DNA of 63,091 nt, the filler included, from Octopus bimaculoides (Eukaryota), in NCBI RefSeq assembly GCF_001194135.2. It is 4 parts of 3 records of this genome, joined end to end, with 100 filler letters (N's around TTAATTAATTAA, not from the genome) between each part and the next. Parts side by side here need not be neighbours in the genome. Positions count along the whole stretch, not along the records: positions 45,005 to 63,091 come from NC_068986.1; 3 more parts are not named here. One strand, written 5' to 3'. The notes beneath the pieces are model-generated. The model searched no databases. It worked only from the letters and a program-made list of their open reading frames with translations, and was not told the DNA's origin. This document shows, piece after piece, positions 53,555-63,091 of this stretch. Made by a program: the position numbers and the translations under genes. Position 1 is the stretch's first letter, and each line of letters starts with the position of its first letter.

Positions 53555-53986
53555 CTCTACTCTATAATGTTTTCTTCCTCCATCCTTCTCTAATTCCCTT
53601 TTTCTCTCCCCTCACCTTCCACTGTTTTTCTATCTCTCTTTCTCCCTTCTTTCTTTTTTCTCTTTCTCGTTGCCTACACGTGACTATCGTCCATCTTCCT
53701 TTTCTTCACGTGATCCTTTTCTTTTCCTACACGGACGTTCAAAAGACTGGTCGTATATTTTCTCTCTCTTCTATCTTTTCTCCTTTCAAAAAAATACTTC
53801 TCCCGGCGTTCACTACTTTCCTCACGTTCTGGTCTCACGACCCTCCATGTTTGTTTTCGTTCCGTTTGCTTGTGTATTTCCACTGTCCTGTTTTTGTTCC
53901 CAACTTTGACCCTTTATGGCTACTAAATTTTATCTTAGAATTTATGGGAGCAACTGTCTTTGAAGACTGATATTGTCATTGAATGC
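53553..53986 (+). repeat. Pyrimidine-rich dispersed repeat, copy 2 (family E)
   Basis: Colinear with 39301-39715 and retains CpGs. Confidence 0.85.
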
Positions 53987-54240
53987 CCAAGGTGGAGAGT
54001 TGATAGACAGCCGACAACTGATAGGGGAGGTTATTTCCCTGTGTTTACTTGTCCTGTTTTCCTTTTTCTCTCGTTTTTTACGTATTTAACTCGTTTGCGT
54101 GTTTCATTTTGCTTGCACAGTTGGTGACGTCCTGTACCCATATATATATATATAATTATATATTCACATATAGATATATTATTTATTATTATTATTATTT
54201 AACTGAACGCCGCGCATCCATTTCCAACTATACTCACACA

Positions 54241-54309
<69 letters not shown>

Positions 54310-55038
54310 TGCTAGTGAAATAAACATTAGCGACCAATATACAATTATATGCGGTCCATGATGTTAATATATACATATATATATATATACATATATATAT
54401 ATATTGAATATGTATGTATATATGTATGGATGGATGTATGTATGTATATATATATATTTGTATGTGTATGTATGTATGCATGTATGTATGTATGCATGCA
54501 TGTATGTATGCGTATGTATGCATGTAGTATGTACATATTTTCTTTTAATCTCCCTTGAAACAATTCATATATATATATATGTATATATANNNNNNNNNNN
54601 NNNNNNNNNNNNNNNNNNNNNNNNNNNNNNNNNNNNNNNNNNNNNNNNNNNNNNNNNNNNNNNNNNNNNNNNNNATATATATATAGCGGTTTTCTGTTGT
54701 TGTTGTTCTAAGAGAGTCGGTTGATTTCGAGGTTGTCTATTCCTTTAGATTCAAGGCAATTGTTTGCTGTTCATTCTTCTGATATATTTGCGTTAAACTT
54801 GTTGTTCCAGCAAGATATCAACAAAACAGATCTATAATGTTCTCTGCTTACTTTTTGCTACAAACGCCTTCGGTGAAAGGCATTGTGTTGATTAGCTTGT
54901 TCTTTCTTGTTCGTTATTTGATGTTTTATGCATTCATTGAGTAAATTATTCGATTAAACATCAAAGTTACTCAGGTCATGTATAATATAAAAAGGACGAC
55001 CGTTTCATCAAGAAGGACTGAAGTTAGAAATTAAGTAC

Positions 55039-55114
55039 CTTTTCTCCTGTAGGCGACTCCACCCGCTTTCTATCATTTAATTTCTGCTGAATTATTCGTA
55101 TGATGTTTGAGAAC
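55039..55114 (-). other. Candidate orphan coding exon (unverified)
   Basis: CATTTCTCTCCCAG| acceptor, AAG|GTACTT donor, one open frame FSNIIRIIQQKLNDRKRVESPTGEK. No phase-compatible neighbour exon found. Confidence 0.25.
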
Positions 55115-55701
55115 CTGGGAGAGAAATGGATAAATTCTTTTCTTAAATCTGTGAGATAGCATTTCATTTCTTGACAACAGCATTGGTAAGTACTTGAAAG
55201 TTGTTTATATGCCGGTCTTTATATTAAAATAAAAGCCGATGCTTCAGCTATATTCATACAGAAACCACAAACAAATAGACTATCTTGGAGATAATATATG
55301 ATAGCAGCGCAGTAATAAATCAGTTATCCGGAAGGAGAAAAAATCTATAATTCCAACGGTGTAAGAACATGTATGGTAATAAGTCGATGTTTTATCACAG
55401 TCGGTGAAGGAATACATTATATTGAGTGTTGAGATAAAAGAAAAGTAATCAATCGCATTTGAACAGTATTAGGTATTTCTATTTCCTGATGAAGACTTTG
55501 AAAGGAACTTACATAACATGACGGGGAAAAGGGATTGCGTAATTATACAGAATAAATAATGGAGTTCATTGCTGTTATTCCCACTGAAGTTAATTCCTTG
55601 ATTGCTTATCTTTCTTGTCGGATTAACGTTCACGTTCAGTTTTTCAGTGTAATATACAAAGCAAAACATACACTTCCTCTCGAATTTATATGTGTGTGTG
55701 C

Positions 55702-55757
<56 letters not shown>

Positions 55758-56032
55758 NNNNNNNNNNNNNNNNNNNNNNNNNNNNNNNNNNNNNNNNNNN
55801 NNNNNNNNNNNNNNNNNNNNNNNNNNNNNNNNNNNNNNNNNNNNNNNNNNNNNNNNNNNNNNNNNNNNNNNNNNNNNNNNNNNNNNNNNNNNNNNNNNNN
55901 NNNNNNNNNNNNNNNNNNNNNNNNNNNNNNNNNNNNNNNNNNNNNNNNNNNNNNNNNNNNNNNNNNNNNNNNNNNNNNNNNNNNNNNNNNNNNNNNNNNN
56001 NNNNNNNNNNNNNNNNNNNNNNNNNNNNNNNN

Positions 56033-56111
<79 letters not shown>

Positions 56112-56539
56112 ATAAATTTATATTGGGGTAGACACCTTGTAGTTTTCTGTTTAAATCTTGTCTACAGTATTCGTCTACCTGATGTAAACAACACTGTGGA
56201 GGCTTAAGCCACTGAATTTACGTCAGGGATTCCTTTGTGTCAGCAGAGTTTATTTAAAATGATGAGACACAGATAATGGAATTCACGAGAGTCATTATTC
56301 AGAACCACTACGATTATTTTGACTCATCATGCACCGGTTCTTTACAGGTGACATGCTGTACAATCAGTTGTCACGCATTACATGCTCAGATGCGTCTGCT
56401 CAGATAACTGCTCAAAAAGTACATGGTTTTTTTTTTTACTATGACAGTACGCACCTAAGTTCTGATCTGAGATCGGCATCACCGTGGTGACTAGGAAAAC
56501 ACTTATTTACTTCCGTGACAAGTATTGGTCCCACAACTG

Positions 56540-57800
56540 ATCTGTGGATTTATTTCATATAACTTTGGGCTGATACAACTCCGCCCTGGTTACTGATCTG
56601 GTCTGACTTTTCCTTCTCTCTGAAGCTTATCAGCAATTCCCCAACCTCTTCGGAGGTCTGTACAAGGACGGTACACTCCTTACAGCCACCGCTTTATCTT
56701 GCCCATGAGTTGAACACGACCGGAAAGCTCTCCTTAGATTCTTTAAAAATTATAACTTGAACATCTCTTCTGAAAATAACAGAAAATTAGCTAATTTCTT
56801 AGATGTCATTCTGGACTTAGATGCAAAAACTATATTACCTTTTTCATTAACTACAATATATCAACGTCCTAGCCAATCACTCTGCACTGACACTTAATAG
56901 CATCGTCACCGGTTTCTCTATTATAATTTCTACCTTAACAACAAATCAATAGATCTTTAATGATCACGGCCTGTATACTAATAACCAAGGCTCTCAGATC
57001 AATGGTTTCCACGAGAAGATATCCTATATCTCCAACATGGAACTTAAAGCTAAATTCGCACTTCCCCTTCCCAATAAAGGTCTTTGCCCTGCCAGACCTA
57101 CTTCCACCTAACTACACTCCACCAATCTTCAATATCCCCGCCCAACGCACCACACTCATCTACATATCCGGCCACTTCGAAAGTATAATGACTTCAAGCT
57201 TCTCCATATAGACCCAACCTAGGGCAGGAAGCGAAGATCTTATGATTTGCACCACCTTTCTCCTTGCAAGTTAAATCCCGACCTAAGCTTTTCTTTTAAA
57301 ATTCTAAACTCCAATTTCCCACCACAACATAAATATTGGCCTATCTTCAATAAATCTTCTATCAAAACCTCCTACTCCCCCACACCTAACTTAGGATCCA
57401 GAATCGCCTCCTCTAGTAGATGCAAACTTTACCGCCTGACCGTAGACCTTACGATTTATCCCCCTGATAGCAATTATAATACCCACCTCATAGCAAAAAT
57501 ACAATGCTTAGTAACCCTGCCTGATTCAAAAATACCAACCATAATGCAACTTCCCATACTACTACCATTCCGACCATATACAGTAACGGTAACCCCCTCT
57601 CCTAGCCCAACACCAGTACTGATAATGCCTCCCGTATATTTTAGGTGATAACTGACTACAAAAACCAAACTTTGCAGGGAGCAATTGCAACCCCAGTGCA
57701 GGTAGAAAAGCCTGCAAATTCCGGATCTCCCAACTCCGTCTACTCGGAGGTTTCTGTCTATGCAATTATGTCATCTATAAATGTCAGGTAATAACACAAC
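56540..57800 (+). mobile_element. Decayed Penelope-like retroelement (RT C-terminal half + GIY-YIG region)
   Basis: LFHITLG..., GLYKDG (56655; YRDD-like RT motif), NFLDVILDL (56793), INVLANH, NFPPQHKYWPIFNKSSIKTSYSPTPNL (ORF 57247) and FKNTNH. A C/T-rich tail follows to about 58850. Confidence 0.85.
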
Positions 57801-59109
57801 GCTCCCATCAGGCAAAGGTCTACATTGGCGGCGCTGTCGATTTCAAGCGCCGGTACCAAGCAGACGTGAATTTTTTATCCATGCATATATGGCGCCAGGT
57901 TCCCAAACATTCCCTATACCCTATCCTAACCCGTTATCTACGAGGCTACCCTGTACAACACTAATCTCGGAGTTTGAAGTTGTATTTAAGAGAATCCTTC
58001 GCTGTTTTCCGCCACCACAACCCTTCATCACTCACTAGGTCTCAGATGTAATATTTTCATGTAAGCACAAATTTTATTCATCGTTTTCCCATTGCGTAAA
58101 CTATATGATTCCCTAATTACAATACAACGTTAAATTACAAATAAGCCGTGCTAGCAACACATCCCCTTTACTTAAACTTTACCTTATATATATATACATA
58201 CCGATTCTCTTAGCACATTCCTATTACGTAGAACATCTCTTTTACCATTACCCTACCCTCATACTTCGAACTCATTCTGCAACTACTCCTAGCTTCTTAC
58301 ACAACCTGAACTACTTAGCACTACCTACCTCATGTCCTTGCTACCGACCTATCCCTCCCTTTATCCTTCTTTGTCCACCTTTTTTTTAATTATTCTCATA
58401 CCTTTCCACCTACTTCATTAGTTTCCCTCTGCCACCAATCAACCTTCATTCTTCGAGTTCCTCCTTCGCCTATTTGCCCGTGTCTATAACTAGATACATT
58501 ACCTCTATTTTATTACCCAATTTCTCATTGTATTACGCCATTTTTCATTGTAGCAACTTCCTTTTCTCAATTCTTCACAGTAACGGTCCCCTTCCCGCTC
58601 ATTTCTCTACTCACCACTTCAACTTCTACTTTTCTCAATACTCTGGTCACTCATCATCTCTCTCCCTGCTTTCCATCTCCTATCTCTCCTTACCTTTCCT
58701 CTACTTCAAAACATTCCAACTGAACTGCGTACTTCCGGCTTCAACGTACTTTTATTTGTCTTCTTCACCTATTCTACCTTTAATTTCCCTACATTATGAT
58801 TTAAAACATTAGATCCCCATCTCTCCACCCTGAAAACGGAAGCCAGATTTACTGTAATGTTTCTATTCATATGCCATTACTTGTTGCACATTCTTGATTT
58901 TTTTGCGCATTCCACCTGCTAGCATTGCAACTATTATGTAATTCCGAGACCTCCCGACGCAGCTCTCGGACCTGAAATACTATGTGTCTTCCCTTTAGGT
59001 TTCTTTACTTTTTGTATACCACGTAAATCTGTTGAATATATATATATATATGCCTGTACATGAATATTCACTTCTAAATATTTTCAGCTTTTGCTTTCTC
59101 TATATATGT

Positions 59110-59155
<46 letters not shown>

Positions 59156-60219
59156 AATGAAACGGTTCACAAAGACGTACCTCAAAATAAGAACAACCCT
59201 GTCTGTATCACTTAGGTAAATGTGATGAACGTTATGTTCCTTTTTTTATTTCGCTTCTTTCCCAAATTCTTTAATCTTTTATTCATCTGCTGCATTACAA
59301 CTTTCTATTATTTATAATCATTTTATTTGACCATTTCCTTCGTTGATGTTTACATAAAATGCTGATACACTTAAATTTCTCTCCACGTTTTATATACGGA
59401 ATAAAATTTTGAACGGAACTATTAAGCAATTATCACCCTATATCGTTTTAATTACTCACTGGCAACACGTGTATTGAATCAGTAATAACATATATTAAAA
59501 TATTTCAATGGATTTTACTGTAGATGTCCATCAGTTAAATGTATTTCTGTTCCTTGCTAAAATAATTTTCACTTCATTACTAATGCCGTTAAGATTCTTA
59601 TAAATCTCATAAATTCCCATTATTTCTGTTTAGAGTTTTTTTTCTGTCTGTTTCATCAAGAACAGAATAACTGATGCGTTTTCATAAAATGGTTTATGTG
59701 TTAGAGCGAAAGAAAAGTTAAAAGAACAAAGCTATATTTATCCAAAGGTTTCGTTTTCCTGAGAACCACGTTTAACAAATTTCATTCTATTTCAATCATA
59801 GTTGGTTGTATTATAATGAAAGCGATTAGAAAAGAATGTGCCCCACATTGAGACACTCAAATAAGAATAAATGATCCAGAATAAACGCCAAATATAGATT
59901 AAATTAATAATGAAATATATTTTGATTTAATTTGCAAGTTTGTAATTTTGATGTTAACAATTGAAAGCCTACAGACAAACGTATGAATTAAGATATTATC
60001 TTTTTTAATGAAGGTGGTTTATCCCTAATACACAGAGTGCAATTTTAAAGTGAATTCCAGAATGCTCTCCGAGAGATATGAAATATAATGTTTCTAACTA
60101 TCTAACTATCTATTCGTGTATTTACTAGTATTTTCATGTCTTGGATTTTAATTAGACAGAAAGGTCAGTTTCAATGGGTGATGACCATATAAGGTATTAA
60201 AAGGATGCGTATGTGACAA

Positions 60220-60257
<38 letters not shown>

Positions 60258-61536
60258 GTGTATGTGTCCGTGTCCGTGTGTGTGTGTACGTGCATGTATA
60301 CAAATGCACATTGAGATATATCTATGTGCATGTATGTATGTATGTACGTATGTATGTGTATAGGTATGTACGTATGACGTATGTATGTATGTATGTGTAT
60401 GTGCCTATTCATATTAGTAATTATATGTGAGTTTATGTACGACTCAAGATTGGTTGAAATGTGTCTGTTACAATATATAATATTTCTATTTCTATTATAT
60501 GACATCATATCGTATTATATTTATATCATATTTTGTATTAATACCTCATTTATATTATTTTGTTTACGTTGTGAGTTCACCTTCAAAGAATCGAATGGCA
60601 TGAGATTTTCACTCAATTATCACTGTTGTTACTGTAAGCATTTCGTAGACGATTAGATGAGCGTAATTGTCCTTATTAAGCCAATGGTGAGTAAACATCA
60701 TTTTAGGCTGTTTCTGGACCACCAACGATTTCAAAATACTGACTCCACTGTACACATCTCCGTCTACTAGAGTACATGTTATCTACTTGCATTCCACTTA
60801 TATGGAGGGGGTATGTCATTATATACAACCCTCCCTTCAATTTGTCAACTACCTATATTCGTTTATAATTTTTTGTTTGTGTGTATATTTGTGTGGATAT
60901 GTGTGTATTTGGCTGTGCATGTGTGTGTGTGTGGGGGTGTTTCTACGTGTGTGTGTGTGTGTGCTTTCTATGTGCTTGGGAGCGCTTGAGTGCATGAATA
61001 CATCTTACATACCTAATCCGGCCATGACTTAATCTATGAGGAAGGCTGTGCGCTTAGCTGCATGGACTCGCTTATGAGTGCAGACGCTTGTTTGCACTCC
61101 GAAATTGTATATATATATATATATATNNNNNNNNNNNNNNNNNNNNNNNNNNNNNNNNNNNNNNNNNNNNNNNNNNNNNNNNNNNNNNNNNNNNNNNNNN
61201 NNNNNNNNNNNNNNNNNNNNNNNNNNNNNNNNNNNNNNNNNNNNNNNNNNNNNNNNNNNNNNNNNNNNNNNNNNNNNNNNNNNNNNNNNNNNNNNNNNNN
61301 NNNNNNNNNNNNNNNNNNNNNNNNNNNNNNNNNNNNNNNNNNNAAAAAAAAGAAAAAAAGTGAAATTCCAATCAAAAGGGGTCGGGAAAAAAAAGGCAAT
61401 AAAAAGAGATCGTGTATCACAGAAGAATTTTTAAAATGTAAGAAGCAAGATTAGGTTTATCCGTGGAAAGAAAAGCCTACGGAAAAGACCACGGTAATCT
61501 CAGGCAGGGAGGGAATAAACACATGACAGCAAAGTG

Positions 61537-61582
<46 letters not shown>

Positions 61583-61705
61583 TTTCGATTTATGGGATCA
61601 TGCTCAAAGTGGTTTCGTCACTCGCACGCACCATTTTTGCTACATTCACCCACATTTTTTAAAAAACTTTCACGAGATAAAACCTACCTCTCCATTCACA
61701 CCTTG

Positions 61706-61743
61706 CTTTTCAAGTGGTACTTTTTCAAGTACCACTTGAAAAG
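61706..61743. repeat. Perfect 17-bp inverted repeat with a 4-nt loop
   Basis: CTTTTCAAGTGGTACTT-TTTC-AAGTACCACTTGAAAAG. Confidence 0.9.
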
Positions 61744-62115
61744 GTATTAGAGACATCAATGTAGACAGCTTTCAGAGGTTTCTGTCGAAGTTAATCTTAC
61801 AGCAATGGCTAGCTGAGAAATATTGTGTGCTAGACCAAGAAATTGGTTACCTGTATTTTTCTGAATGTTACACAAGCGGATGTAGAGCAGGTTGTTTTAC
61901 AAAAGCAGTACCTTGTCTGGCAAAGCTATTGGTTGGCAAGAACTTTCCTGCTTCAGTCGCATTTATCTAAAGGCTTTCTATAGCATGGACTCCGCTTTGA
62001 CCAAGATCTCTTTGTAACTGTACAGTATGGAATTTCTACAAATATTGTTATCCGTATTTATATGAACTATGTATGGGTTGCAAGAATGCTTATTTATACA
62101 TGTGTGTGTGTGTGT

Positions 62116-62199
<84 letters not shown>

Positions 62200-63056
62200 A
62201 TGTGCTTATGTATGTATATATGCATACGTTTATAGTTAGATACGTAGATATTATAGTTAGATACGTAGATACGGATATTTGTGTCAAGTTGGTATTGATT
62301 TTTAATAAATTAAAGATTAGGAAATCGCCACCGTATGCAGTCATATCAGCAAATATAAGTATTAATAAAAGAAAGAAAATAAATTGATTTAGGACTGAAA
62401 TAAGATATCATATTGCAAAAAAAAATCTTGTTATATAAAAACAATATCAGAAAAAATTATTAAAGAGACACTAAACAAGTCCCCTTTCAGCTTTGCCCTC
62501 CTGAAATTTTATGATGTAATTCCTTTCCACTGGTTTCCAATAAGATGATATAGCCAACCACTTTTGAGACACTATATCATCTTATTTTATGAACTGGCCA
62601 GCAAAAGGCATTGTATTCTTTTTGGTATGGTGCTTGAAGTGGATGGAATAACAGGAAATCGGTTAGTATCGTATTCCCCTATTTTTTAGAATAGTTGAAT
62701 GCTCCAATAACTTTAAACTGCACAACATGAACAAATCAATATTTATTCCAAATGGAAAATACATATTTCACATTTTTAGTAGTTGGTAGCATAATGCACG
62801 TCTCGACAATGTTTTGGCATTATCTTGTACAAATCTTTTGTTCTTTTTTTTTTCGAATACAATCGATGAAATGGCAAGATTTACAAATACAGTTCATATC
62901 ATAATTCTATAAACTGTTCAATAATTTTCTTTTCCATCTTACAAAATAAACCTCTTCAAAGTGATGGAGTCATTGCATCTTCCTACCTTCTTACAGACAT
63001 TTTTCGGTTACAAATATGTAGAAATTAAACTTCTCTGTCAAAATGACGAAGTTATA

Positions 63057-63091
<35 letters not shown>

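Noticed and set aside
55469-55669. Minus-strand ORF with an internal GTAAGT donor as a partner of the 55039-55114 candidate exon
   Set aside because: The phases are incompatible (phase 1 out versus phase 2 needed), and splicing them gives a stop.

Overview
AT-rich, microsatellite- and transposon-dense animal DNA. The repeat inventory (tRNA-type SINEs, (GAT)n-tailed SINE-like repeats, mariners) looks like an Octopus/coleoid cephalopod draft assembly; this is inferred from recalled repeat types, not from a search. One protein-coding gene is well supported: a minus-strand NHL-repeat (TRIM2/3/71-like beta-propeller) gene with two coding exons (22654-22816+ and 19914-20713) joined by an in-frame phase-1 GT-AG intron. 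No RING/B-box exons were found, so it may be NHL-only. The rest is decayed mobile DNA: two mariners, a DD37D and a DD36E Tc1-like element, two RTE-like LINEs, a Penelope-like element, piggyBac-like MITEs and many SINEs, plus microsatellites and N gaps. The most interesting observations are: (1) CpG-depleted and CpG-normal blocks alternate sharply at three artificial 100-bp gaps, backed by CpG decay in one copy of a shared repeat; (2) a ~99% identical inverted SINE pair brackets the NHL terminal exon, a candidate ADAR duplex; (3) a DD36E transposase in a probable mollusc; (4) a decayed hammerhead-like motif. No clearly novel multi-gene system was found. Most ORFs in the track are microsatellite or N artefacts.
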